Shown here piece by piece: positions 48,326 through 57,734 of a DNA stretch of 59,583 bases; positions within the stretch are counted from its first letter, which is position 1, and each line of letters opens with the position of its first letter. Below the pieces are notes generated by a model, which searched no databases, was not told the DNA's origin, and worked only from the letters and a program-made list of their open reading frames with translations. Position numbers and translations under genes: made by a program. Source of the DNA: a virus (lineage: Duplodnaviria; Caudoviricetes); the IMG/VR virus record IMGVR_UViG_3300049432_000036, positions 1 through 59,583 of that record; one strand, 5' to 3'.

Positions 48326-49435
48326 ATGGCAACAGCATATCCGGCCGCGATTGATAACTTCAATCTACCAACCGCCGCGAACAACCTGAGCGACGCTCCG
48401 GTTATCCACCACTCGCAGCATAGTGATGTGAATGCTGCGGTTCGGGCTATCGAGTTGGAGTTGGGGACTCTCCCCAAGGGCGCGTCGGCCGACGTCAAAA
48501 CCCGGCTCAATGCCATCGAGGCATCGATCAGTGGTCTCCAGGCGAGCTCTGCCAAGGGTGCGCCGAACGGCTATGCTGGTCTCGATGCGGGATCGATGCT
48601 GGCCCAGAACGTGGATGCTGGGAAGATCACCTCCGGCTCCATCGCCGTGGCCAGGATTCCCAACCTGAGTGGTGCGAAGATCCTCGGCACGGGATCGGGT
48701 GGCGCGACCATCCCTCTGGACGCCGTGCCCAACCTCGCGGCTGCGCAGACAACCTCCGGCGTCTTTGCCGTCGCTCGTATCCCGGACTTCGACGCGGCGA
48801 AGATCATCAGCGGCACGATTGCGGCCGCGCGACTCCCCAGCACCGTGACGGCGAATGCAAATGCAACAGTAGTTGCCGACGTAGCGGGCATGCTCGCGAT
48901 CCCGCTCATCAACCGTGTTGATGGCATGATGGTTCTGGTGAAGAGCCCATGGACCCTCTACACGTACCGCGCCGACAACAACACCTTCATCCAGTCCGGC
49001 GGACCGGGTGCCGTCTCCGAGCCCGTGATGTACGCGGAGGATGCGGCCGACTACCTGAACGTTGGCGTCACCGTCCTCACCTCCGGCGTCAACTGCGGCT
49101 TCGCCTTCAAGGGTCCGCAGTCCGGCCGGATCATGGTCGCCCCGACGATGCACGCTAGCAACGACACTGCTGGTCTCTTCTGCTACCTGAGTTACGAGGT
49201 CCGCTCCGGAGCCGTCGTTGGCAGTGGTGGGCTAATTCACACCGCCACAACAGAAGAGGCATACGCGATCGGCGGCGGTGCGGCTACCCGTGGACGTGGT
49301 AGCGCTCTCCAGCTCATGGCCGAAGCGCTCGGGCCGGGCGCTGACTACAACATCCGTACGATGCACACTGCTGCTGGTGCCGCCGGTACGTTCGACATCT
49401 TCTTCCGCGCCATCACAGTGATTCCGGTGCACTGA
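48326..49435 (+). CDS. Minor tail/fibre protein
   Basis: AGKITSG-x-IAVARIP fibre repeats. Confidence 0.75.
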   Translation: MATAYPAAIDNFNLPTAANNLSDAPVIHHSQHSDVNAAVRAIELELGTLPKGASADVKTRLNAIEASISGLQASSAKGAPNGYAGLDAGSMLAQNVDAGKITSGSIAVARIPNLSGAKILGTGSGGATIPLDAVPNLAAAQTTSGVFAVARIPDFDAAKIISGTIAAARLPSTVTANANATVVADVAGMLAIPLINRVDGMMVLVKSPWTLYTYRADNNTFIQSGGPGAVSEPVMYAEDAADYLNVGVTVLTSGVNCGFAFKGPQSGRIMVAPTMHASNDTAGLFCYLSYEVRSGAVVGSGGLIHTATTEEAYAIGGGAATRGRGSALQLMAEALGPGADYNIRTMHTAAGAAGTFDIFFRAITVIPVH

Positions 49436-52400
49436 TGACGACGACATACGATGCCAACATCCCGTACGACTCCGTCATCGGGTACGACGGCAACCCGCCG
49501 ACTGTCACGAGCGCGCAGCTTCCGACCTGGCAGCTAGAGGTCTTCAACCCGTTCACCAGTGTGGTGTCCCCGCTTCCCGAAGCCGTCATCGACACGATGG
49601 ACTTCGCGGAGAGCCAAGCTGCGGCGATCAGCTTCACCATCGCTAATAGCAGCAAGGGTGCCAATCTCCTTGGTGATCTGATGATTGTTCGGCTGAAGGA
49701 GAACAGCAAGTATGTCCGCGACGGCGCTTGGCTGTTGCGTGGACAGAACTGGAACGCTGGCAAGCGCGCCCAGATCAAGACCTGGACCGGCCGGAGCCTT
49801 CTCTGGGATCGCCTCAACTACACTGTGATCCAGCCGACTCCGCGCAAGCTCTTCACCGGCCGGACGCCGGGGTACATCCTCAACGACTTGTTCACGGAAG
49901 CCCAGACGCGCGACGTTGGGTTCTGGGATAACTTCACGTGGACCTTCACCGCAACCCTGGACAGCAACGGCCACGCATGGCCGACCCCGCTGGGCTCGAT
50001 GGAGTATCTGCCCACCGCGAACTACGCCGATATCGTCAGCAACTTGGTCGACAAGGGAGTTGTGCAAGTATCCCTGGTAGGCAACGAGATCCGGGCCGTT
50101 GTCCCTGACACGGACGGCGCGCAGACGCCGGTGTTGCTGGTAGTTGGGAAGGATGTCACCGACGCACCACAGCAGTCGTCCGCAGACAATCTCGCGAGTG
50201 ACGTGGTGATCGTCGGCGACGAAGGCGTCACGGTGGTACGTGCAAATACTGAGACCCGTGCAAGGTACTGGCGCGAGGAAGTTGGCATCAGCCAGGGCGG
50301 CACCAAGGACATCGGCACTCTCTCCGTGTTCGGGGATGTGGCTCTGAGTGGCGGGTCTGAACCGAGGATCCAGAGGACATACGAGCTCGTAGTCACCCAG
50401 GAGCGGCCATTCCTGCCAGTCCGGGACTATGTCGTAGGGGATTGGGTCCGCGCCCAACACGCCGACGACACCCCGGCCCAGGCGTACCGCGTCAAGCAGA
50501 TCACCTTGAAGCAAGCCGGGGGTAAGTGGACCGGTAGCCTGGTGCTGAATGACAAGTTCACCGAGAATGAGCTACGGCTGGTGAAGAAGGTCCAAGGGAT
50601 CATCGGCGGTGCCGTGATCACCGGTTCGGCGCAGACCTCTACGCCGGACGCCGACAAGGACCTGTCGATTCCGAACGCGCCCACCACCCCCGTGGTCAAC
50701 ATGACCTCGTACGTGGATGATACGGGCCATACCAAGGTCGCGGCCACGGTCGAGTTCTCGCCGCCCGTCACCAACACCGACGGCTCCCCGTTCACCGACC
50801 CCGGCGACTACCGGATGGGTTGGCGCTACAGCACCGAATCCACTAGTGCATGGCGATACCTGCGCAACGACTCGCCGTTGTGGTACTTGTCGCCGTTGGA
50901 TCCCGGTCGATCCGTCGTGGTGCTTGCACAGGCTATCGACTCATCCGGCCACATCTCGGCATATAGCCCAGGCTACAGTTTTGACACGGTCGTGGACACG
51001 ACTCCGCCGCCGGTACCTTCCACGCCTCTGCTGACGAGCTTGTTGCGAACGTTGGTCGTCCAATACAACGGCCTGACCGCCGCCGGTGCGCAGCCACCCG
51101 CCGATCAGAATCGGATTGAGGTATTCACCAGTCTCGTCAATGATTTCAACGTGGAGCTGGAGGGGACACTTCGCGGCTACCTGAACTCTGCGGGCCAACT
51201 GAGCCTACCGATGTACACCGTGCCAATCGGGCAGACGGTATATGTCAAGTTCGTCGCCGTCGACAACAACGGCAACCGGTCCGCGCCCAGCATCCAGAAT
51301 TCCAATGTGCTGCAAGGGGTTACCGGCTCGGACATCGTCGCCGGATCGATCGTTGCGAACAACCTCGCGGTTGGCTCCGTGACTGCGCAGGCGATCCTGG
51401 CCGGTGCGATCACGGCCGACAAGATCTCCCTGGGCCAAACGATGAACCTCGTCCAGGACCCCAGCTTTGATAACCCCGACTGGTGCGCGCGTCGGTTGAC
51501 GACGGCGTGGACAGAGAAGCCCAGCCGCTGGGGATTCAAGAAGTCCGGTGACATCAACTGGTCGTTGATCAAGCGGAACGGCGGGTACCTCCAAGCGCTC
51601 TCCTCCGCAGACGGCGTCAACGGCGGCCGGATGTACTTGACCGACTGGATCTACACCCAGCTGGGAGAGTCGTACTACTTCGGCATGTATATGCGCGAGG
51701 GCGAGTTCACCCCCAACGCAGGCTCCAGTATCCGCATGGGCATCGACGTAGCCCAAGCAGACGGCGCGATCCTGACGGACGGCATCCCCTGCGCACCGCT
51801 TGGCGCGTTCTGGACGAAGTACGAATACCGTTACGTAGTGGGTAATCCGGCCTGGACCAAGGTCCGCTTCTGGATCCGGGCGGACAACCTGACCTCTGGT
51901 GACATCGCGATTGATGATGTCGAGGTGCGTGGCGGCGTCGGCCGGACGGAGTACGCCGGTAGTCGCGGAGTCATTGACCCGCTGGGGATTTTCGCCTGGG
52001 ACGGTGACGAGATCCAGACGGTTGCTGTCGACTTCCGCACCGGTGACGTGACCGTCGCAGGTACCATCACTAGTGGCTTTAGTGGCAAACGTACGGTCAT
52101 CAACCCTGGCACCACATTGCTGCCGGAGATGCGGTTCTACCCGCAAAGCGGAGACCTGTATGCCTATGTCAACGCTTCGGACAACGGGTCATACCCGTTC
52201 ATCGGCGTCAACGCGCCGGATGTTGGCACTAGTTCCCAAGTGATGATCTTGTATGACAACTCCTTTGTTTTGGGAGAGGTCAACAAAACCCTTGGTGAAA
52301 TGGTTGGCGCTGGTGTCCAAGGGCAAGGAACTGGAGCGGCAGCCTATCTGTGGCTGTTTGGTAAGGTGCCTTTGGCATCTGATGGAGATATGACTCTGTC

Positions 52401-52674
52401 CAGTTACCTCACAAAGAACATCGCCGCTAGCGGTGGTGCATTCGGTATCGCAGTCAGCAAGCCTCCGGCCGCTACTTCCGGACAATGGCTGCTGTTGTAT
52501 TCCATCAGAAGGAACAACGGACAGAGATTCCATCATTTCGTGACGGCTACGGCTGCGGGCTCCGAAACGATTTCGTTCTATCCGGCGGTTTCTGGTGGAG
52601 TAGATAACCCCGCCTTCAATGGAACCGTACTAGACATTCGTTACATGTGGGTTAGGAGCGATGGGGATGCTTAA
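49435..52674 (+). CDS. Baseplate hub/central tail fibre with FN3-like and carbohydrate-binding-like domains
   Basis: 1079 aa; DTTPPPVP, AVDNNGNRSAPS FN3 motifs; NLVQDPSFD CBM-like start. Confidence 0.8.
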   Translation: MTTTYDANIPYDSVIGYDGNPPTVTSAQLPTWQLEVFNPFTSVVSPLPEAVIDTMDFAESQAAAISFTIANSSKGANLLGDLMIVRLKENSKYVRDGAWLLRGQNWNAGKRAQIKTWTGRSLLWDRLNYTVIQPTPRKLFTGRTPGYILNDLFTEAQTRDVGFWDNFTWTFTATLDSNGHAWPTPLGSMEYLPTANYADIVSNLVDKGVVQVSLVGNEIRAVVPDTDGAQTPVLLVVGKDVTDAPQQSSADNLASDVVIVGDEGVTVVRANTETRARYWREEVGISQGGTKDIGTLSVFGDVALSGGSEPRIQRTYELVVTQERPFLPVRDYVVGDWVRAQHADDTPAQAYRVKQITLKQAGGKWTGSLVLNDKFTENELRLVKKVQGIIGGAVITGSAQTSTPDADKDLSIPNAPTTPVVNMTSYVDDTGHTKVAATVEFSPPVTNTDGSPFTDPGDYRMGWRYSTESTSAWRYLRNDSPLWYLSPLDPGRSVVVLAQAIDSSGHISAYSPGYSFDTVVDTTPPPVPSTPLLTSLLRTLVVQYNGLTAAGAQPPADQNRIEVFTSLVNDFNVELEGTLRGYLNSAGQLSLPMYTVPIGQTVYVKFVAVDNNGNRSAPSIQNSNVLQGVTGSDIVAGSIVANNLAVGSVTAQAILAGAITADKISLGQTMNLVQDPSFDNPDWCARRLTTAWTEKPSRWGFKKSGDINWSLIKRNGGYLQALSSADGVNGGRMYLTDWIYTQLGESYYFGMYMREGEFTPNAGSSIRMGIDVAQADGAILTDGIPCAPLGAFWTKYEYRYVVGNPAWTKVRFWIRADNLTSGDIAIDDVEVRGGVGRTEYAGSRGVIDPLGIFAWDGDEIQTVAVDFRTGDVTVAGTITSGFSGKRTVINPGTTLLPEMRFYPQSGDLYAYVNASDNGSYPFIGVNAPDVGTSSQVMILYDNSFVLGEVNKTLGEMVGAGVQGQGTGAAAYLWLFGKVPLASDGDMTLSSYLTKNIAASGGAFGIAVSKPPAATSGQWLLLYSIRRNNGQRFHHFVTATAAGSETISFYPAVSGGVDNPAFNGTVLDIRYMWVRSDGDA

Positions 52675-53203
52675 GATCACGGGGTTCGAAAGGCGAAAGG
52701 GATCTAGCATTATCTGGCTGGAGTTGCCAGAGGAGCTTGCAAAGGCCGACATCACCGTCTTCCAGTACATGATGCATGATGGCATTCTGGAAGCCTACAT
52801 GGAGGCATATGCACTCATGCCTGGTGAAGCCTTAGAGCTCATGCTGCTGGACTGGTATGACGATGATGTTGATATTCCTCCATATAAGGAGGAAGGAATG
52901 CGGGCCGTGGTCGAAGAGATTCTGGGCAATGTGGGCATGATTGATTGGTCCGCCGTTGATCGCAATGAGATTCTGTCTCAAATCACTGTGACTGAAGACA
53001 ACGCACCGGAGCTCGTAGCGCAATGGCGCGAGCGGCGTCGCCAAACCGAACAAGCGGTTGCTGCGCACCAACGGACGCAGGATGAGCGTGAGGCCGCAGC
53101 ATTCGTGGATGACCTCCCGGCCGCAGTACGCGCGCAGCCGCGCGATATCGACTCCATCCAGGCCATGGACTCACTAGGATTAGCTATCCAGTTTGTCGAG
53201 TAA
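52661..53203 (+). CDS. Hypothetical protein (possible fibre chaperone)
   Basis: AGGAG RBS; follows fibre gene. Confidence 0.65.
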   Translation: MGMLKITGFERRKGSSIIWLELPEELAKADITVFQYMMHDGILEAYMEAYALMPGEALELMLLDWYDDDVDIPPYKEEGMRAVVEEILGNVGMIDWSAVDRNEILSQITVTEDNAPELVAQWRERRRQTEQAVAAHQRTQDEREAAAFVDDLPAAVRAQPRDIDSIQAMDSLGLAIQFVE

Positions 53204-53221
53204 GACCACAGGAAGGTCATT

Positions 53222-53491
53222 ATGAGTCAGGAATCCATTCAGGTCCCGCAACAGAAAGTACAGGAGATCTTCAAGGGAAAAGCTCAGGTCGCCATCGGCG
53301 ACCTTCTTCTGGAGAACTCCCAGTTGTCGGCGGCCATGGAGACGATGTCGGTGGAACTCCAGGATCTTCGGCAGCAGGTGGCCGCGTACCGGCAGCGCGA
53401 CCTGGAACAGCGCACACCCGCGCGAGTGGACAACGTAGGCAACAACACGCCCCCGGACCCCGGGCCTCCGCAGGATCCATCGACGGCCTGA
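53222..53491 (+). CDS. Small coiled-coil protein
   Basis: AGGAAGG RBS; heptad pattern. Confidence 0.65.
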   Translation: MSQESIQVPQQKVQEIFKGKAQVAIGDLLLENSQLSAAMETMSVELQDLRQQVAAYRQRDLEQRTPARVDNVGNNTPPDPGPPQDPSTA

Positions 53492-53505
53492 CAATATGGG
53501 TCGCC

Positions 53506-53937
53506 ATGAACGGAGTAGGCGTGCGAGTCAGAGAGATGCTTGACAACGGGAGATTCTGGTCGGGGATACTATGTGCTGCCTCTTTCTCAAGAGGCACCGC
53601 ATACATAGAACGTCCGCCAGCTATTCCCAATGCGGCCGGGCGGGCTATCGAGACCTACATTCCGTACCCTGTATGGGGCTGGATACTCTTGGTCACAATG
53701 ACCATGATTGTCATCGGGCACCTCTTCTCGCACCTCCGTTGGTTTGGTATTGCGGGTCATACCTTATCGGTCATTGCATATGGCACCTTCGGTCTTTCGC
53801 TTGGCCTCTCCGCTATCGGTACCGGAGAGAGCTGGGCCAATACTGGCCTGTTCTTGTCCGCAGCCTTGTTGCATGTGAACTGCTCCATTTACATGGCGGA
53901 CGAGATCGCAGGCCATAAGAATGGAGGTGGAGATTGA
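53506..53937 (+). CDS. Multi-pass membrane protein (lysis region)
   Basis: About four hydrophobic segments. Confidence 0.7.
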   Translation: MNGVGVRVREMLDNGRFWSGILCAASFSRGTAYIERPPAIPNAAGRAIETYIPYPVWGWILLVTMTMIVIGHLFSHLRWFGIAGHTLSVIAYGTFGLSLGLSAIGTGESWANTGLFLSAALLHVNCSIYMADEIAGHKNGGGD

Positions 53938-54236
53938 TTCCCCTGGGCTTGACTAGCGAGGCCGTGATTGGTACTGGTTCCATCTTGGTGGCACTCGTGG
54001 GTGCGGTGTTCACCGGCATGGTCTCGCTGCGTCACGCCCGTAAAGACGTGGCTACTGCCAACGTCATGGAACTCCGGTCTCATCGAAATGCTTGGGAATG
54101 GTCTGTCCGAACCTTCTACAAGATCCTTCCGTTGTTGGACCCGGTCTTAGCCGCTGAGATCCGTACGGAGATGGCGAGACATCAAGAGAGAATCGACAAT
54201 CCCCAGCCTGATCACAAGAAGGAGTCCGCGTCATGA
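53934..54236 (+). CDS. Single-TM membrane protein
   Basis: VIGTGSILVALVGAVFTGMVSL. Confidence 0.7.
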   Translation: MIPLGLTSEAVIGTGSILVALVGAVFTGMVSLRHARKDVATANVMELRSHRNAWEWSVRTFYKILPLLDPVLAAEIRTEMARHQERIDNPQPDHKKESAS

Positions 54237-55117
54237 GCCCGATGCGAAGCTGGGGCAGGACAACTTGGATATTTGCCTTGTTCACTCTCTCGCTCTTGGT
54301 GATCGTTGCTGTGGGCACCATTCGAATGGCGTTCTATAGTGATGACCAAAAGGAACAAAAAGAGCAAGCCCAGGCCGGGCAAATAGAACAGCAGGAAGAC
54401 AAGAAGGATTTCGCCGCTGAGATTGATCGCATTTGCAAACTAAAGACGCCTGAAGCCGCGAACCTGCGGAAGCGCGGTAAATGCGAAGAGGCCAAGGAGG
54501 TCATCAAGGAGCCAACCGTTGTCCCGGAGAAGGGCGACCAAGGTGACAAAGGTGAGAAGGGCGACCCGCCTTCGGACGAACAGGTACAGCGAGCGGTCGA
54601 TGCGTGGTGTAGCAACGGTCGTTGTAACGGCAAGTCGCCGACCCCGCAGCAGGTGGCCGCAGCGGTAGCGGCCTATTGCAACGCTCGTGGGCAATGTACG
54701 CCTCCGAAGCCAAAGGACGGCGCAAAGGGTGAGCCGGGTGAAAATGCCACGAGCGAACAGATTGCGGCTGCGGTCGCGAGCTTCTGTGCTGGTGACAACT
54801 GCGACGGCGACGACGGCAAAGATGGCAAGGACGGGGAGAACGGCACGAATGGCACCAACGGCCGTAGTGTCTCCGTCAGCACTACCTCGATTGAAGGCGG
54901 CACGCGCGTCACCGTGAGCTATAGCGACGACACGCCACCGATCTCCTTCGATGTGATGAACGGTGCCAAGGGTGAACCGGGGAAGGTCGGCCCGCCCGGA
55001 CCCGCAGGCCCCGCATGTCCTACGGGATACCATCTTGAGTTGAGGCACATCGTGTCGACCGAAGCGCCGACCGGTGAAGAATCCCAAGTATGCATGAAGG
55101 ATGTGGAGTCACCATGA
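54233..55117 (+). CDS. Membrane-anchored collagen-like protein
   Basis: N-terminal TM helix; G-x-y repeats; three AV(A/D)xx(W/Y/F)C..C repeats. Confidence 0.8.
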   Translation: MSPMRSWGRTTWIFALFTLSLLVIVAVGTIRMAFYSDDQKEQKEQAQAGQIEQQEDKKDFAAEIDRICKLKTPEAANLRKRGKCEEAKEVIKEPTVVPEKGDQGDKGEKGDPPSDEQVQRAVDAWCSNGRCNGKSPTPQQVAAAVAAYCNARGQCTPPKPKDGAKGEPGENATSEQIAAAVASFCAGDNCDGDDGKDGKDGENGTNGTNGRSVSVSTTSIEGGTRVTVSYSDDTPPISFDVMNGAKGEPGKVGPPGPAGPACPTGYHLELRHIVSTEAPTGEESQVCMKDVESP

Positions 55118-55344
55118 CGTGGACCGGACCTGTTCCGAACCCGCCCGGCAAGACTAGCTACCAGGCAAGCGTCGAACACGCGAATGGAACCAGCTTCAAT
55201 ATCGAGGAGAACGCGGTGGGTGCATTGCCCGCTGATGTCGCGTCATCCTTCGAGTCGCTGATGGATCTGATCGCAGCCTCGCCGGACTGGACGTTGCTAT
55301 ATGCCAGTCGTGATTTGACCGGCCGCGAGACGTACACCCCGTAA
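55114..55344 (+). CDS. Hypothetical protein
   Basis: ATGA overlap. Confidence 0.6.
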   Translation: MTWTGPVPNPPGKTSYQASVEHANGTSFNIEENAVGALPADVASSFESLMDLIAASPDWTLLYASRDLTGRETYTP

Positions 55345-55365
55345 CACAATTGCAAGGAGCGGAGC

Positions 55366-55542
55366 ATGGAAAGTGAAGAGGAAGTGGTCGGTATCAACTC
55401 CGACTACCGCATGGAGGAACTGTCCGGCGATGAGGTCGCAGCCCTGGCCTTCGAGGCAGAGCACCGTCACCTCAAGTCGTGTCAGTCTGACGACGAGTCC
55501 AATGGTGAAAGCGACCTGAGCCTGACGGAGGAGGGCGAATGA
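55366..55542 (+). CDS. Small acidic protein (58 aa, not in ORF track)
   Basis: AAGGAG RBS; ATGA overlap with endolysin. Confidence 0.5.
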   Translation: MESEEEVVGINSDYRMEELSGDEVAALAFEAEHRHLKSCQSDDESNGESDLSLTEEGE

Positions 55543-56429
55543 CCGCGTATGCGTTGAGCGCCTTTGGCCCCAATCCCAACGCCGGTAAGTCGCCGAACGG
55601 CGCACAAGGTCGCGGTTGGGGTCCGGGTTGGCCGGATTGCCAGTCGAACAAGATGGTGAAGGTCACGAACGGCGACCACTCCGTCAACGTCCGGCGCGAG
55701 ATCGCCGAACTGGTCCTCACGCTGTTCCGGATTACGGCGCTGCGCGGATATGACATCAACCCGAAGGGCCAGCCGAACCAGACCTGGGGCTTCGCCTGCA
55801 GGGCTATAGCGAACACGCGTCGGGCATCGAACCACTCGTGGGGACTCGCGATCGACATCAACGCGCCGTCGAACCCCTACTCCATCACCTTCCACACGAA
55901 CATCCCGCCGCAGGTCGTGAACGACTGGGAGGTGTGTGGCTGGTACTGGGGCGGCCGGTACACCGTCAAGAAGGACACGATGCACTTCGAGTACATCGGC
56001 AATCCGACTTCCGTTGCCGGGCACTTGGCCAAGGCGAAGAGCATCCTCAACCAACTGCTCAACGCGTTGAAGCCTCCGGCGTCGAAGAACACCGTGAGCC
56101 TCAACTCCGTCGCATATGCGGCCAATGGTGGGTATTTACACTCCGGCCAGAAGGCTGCGGAGGACGACGCTCGTACGTGCCTGGAGTGGCTACACAACGT
56201 CCGGCACTACGCATCCGATCGAGACCTGCGGGTGTGGGAAGAGCGGCTGCGTATCGCCAAGGGCACGGACCGGCCGACCGATTGGAAGGCGGCGGGCGCG
56301 CAGTACGCCGGGATCATCAAGCGGTTCCAGCGCGTCCAAGGTCTCGCGGCTGACGGAGTCGTCGGCCCGCTCACGCGGTCGAAGCTTGCGGCCGCTATGA
56401 ACGCTGACAACTACCGCGTCAGCCTCTGA
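55539..56429 (+). CDS. Endolysin: M15 peptidase + peptidoglycan-binding domain
   Basis: SNHSWGLAIDIN, DTMHFE; C-terminal FQRVQGLAADGVVGPLT. Confidence 0.92.
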   Translation: MTAYALSAFGPNPNAGKSPNGAQGRGWGPGWPDCQSNKMVKVTNGDHSVNVRREIAELVLTLFRITALRGYDINPKGQPNQTWGFACRAIANTRRASNHSWGLAIDINAPSNPYSITFHTNIPPQVVNDWEVCGWYWGGRYTVKKDTMHFEYIGNPTSVAGHLAKAKSILNQLLNALKPPASKNTVSLNSVAYAANGGYLHSGQKAAEDDARTCLEWLHNVRHYASDRDLRVWEERLRIAKGTDRPTDWKAAGAQYAGIIKRFQRVQGLAADGVVGPLTRSKLAAAMNADNYRVSL

Positions 56430-56442
56430 AGGAGGAATGCAA

Positions 56443-56778
56443 ATGAGTAACAACGAACCGGTTCCATCCAGCAAGCCGAAGCCGGTAGTGTGGCTGGGCG
56501 GTATCGCTGCCGCTTGCACTGCCCTGGTGGGTATCCTGGCCCAGCCGGGTCTCAACGTGCCGCCGGTCGTGACCGCAGTTGTGGCCGGTATCGCGACGCT
56601 GTGCCTGGCCGTCGCTGGGTACATGACTCAGAACGTCACCGTCCCGGCGGCCAACGTCGCGGCGCGCTACATCAGCCAGACTGGTGAAGTCGTCGCCGGT
56701 CCGGCCGCGAAGCTCGTGGATGCGAGCGTGCGGGAGAACGATGCGGTACAGGTGACCTCGTTGCCGCCGACCGGCTAG
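56443..56778 (+). CDS. Holin
   Basis: Two TM helices, directly after endolysin; possible dual start MQM (56437/56443). Confidence 0.7.
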   Translation: MSNNEPVPSSKPKPVVWLGGIAAACTALVGILAQPGLNVPPVVTAVVAGIATLCLAVAGYMTQNVTVPAANVAARYISQTGEVVAGPAAKLVDASVRENDAVQVTSLPPTG

Positions 56779-56798
56779 CCGGTACCCTTGTAGTACTC

Positions 56799-56837
56799 GC
56801 GGCACCCAGCGGTTTCCTTCCTGACGCTGGGTGCCGC
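56799..56837 (+). terminator. Stem-loop ending lysis cassette
   Basis: 13-bp stem GCGGCACCCAGCG/CGCTGGGTGCCGC. Confidence 0.7.
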
Positions 56838-56902
56838 AGTTACGTTTACCGGAGTCCGGTATAGTTCCCGGACTTACTGCCCGCTGTGGCAAGACAGGAG
56901 GA

Positions 56903-57160
56903 ATGATGGCAAACGTCATCGACCGCATCCGGCTGACGCTGGACCCGCAGTCGGCCGCAAACGCCTTGTACGATGTGCTTTTGCAGTGGAAGAGGGCCGA
57001 CGACGAGTTGAGCGACATCCACACGCGTCGTAACCAGCGCCGCCGGGAGCTGTTCGCCCGCAGAGAAGCGTACGAGCGCGTTCTCGCAGCATTCATGGGG
57101 GTTACTCCCCAGAGCGTCCGACCGTTGCTGCGAGATCACTTCACGGAGCCGACCTCGTGA
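56903..57160 (+). CDS. Hypothetical protein
   Basis: AGGAGG RBS. Confidence 0.65.
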   Translation: MMANVIDRIRLTLDPQSAANALYDVLLQWKRADDELSDIHTRRNQRRRELFARREAYERVLAAFMGVTPQSVRPLLRDHFTEPTS

Positions 57161-57588
57161 CCGCCGAAGAAGACCTCAAGCTGCTGCTACAACTCGGCAC
57201 CGTCGACAACATCACGACAACGGCCCTGACCGACGCCGACCACATCGCCGGAGGCATCCCGAGATGGGCGGAGATCGTGGTGGATGTCGAGCGCGAAGGG
57301 AAGCTGCTGCGGCACTACTTCACGCGCCACGACGGCGAAGCGCTCGTGATGTCGGTACTCCGAGGGATGCACCCCCAGGCCGGTCGGCCGGTCGTCGGCT
57401 TCCTCTGGGAGAGGCTGGACGACTGCATGGTTGGCATCCTGGACGGCGAGATCGAGCCGGATGAGAAGCTTCGGTTCAAGGGCGAAGCGCTGGGACTCGC
57501 GTTCGCTATCGCGACCATCCGGCGACCACACGACCCGGACGTGGACGCTGTGCGCAAAGAGGCACGAGAGCGGTACGACGCGCGCTGA
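57157..57588 (+). CDS. Hypothetical protein
   Basis: GTGA overlap; 143 aa. Confidence 0.7.
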   Translation: MTAEEDLKLLLQLGTVDNITTTALTDADHIAGGIPRWAEIVVDVEREGKLLRHYFTRHDGEALVMSVLRGMHPQAGRPVVGFLWERLDDCMVGILDGEIEPDEKLRFKGEALGLAFAIATIRRPHDPDVDAVRKEARERYDAR

Positions 57589-57734
57589 CGCGTCAGTTAC
57601 TTGCAGTTACTGGCTACGGAGACTCACACATAAGCTGCATAACTCTCCGTAGTCGAAGGTAACGATCGTATTACGAGATCGCCCCGAGGGTGGTTTCGGC
57701 TTTGCGCTCCCTACGCGCGTAGGGTTAAGTCACT

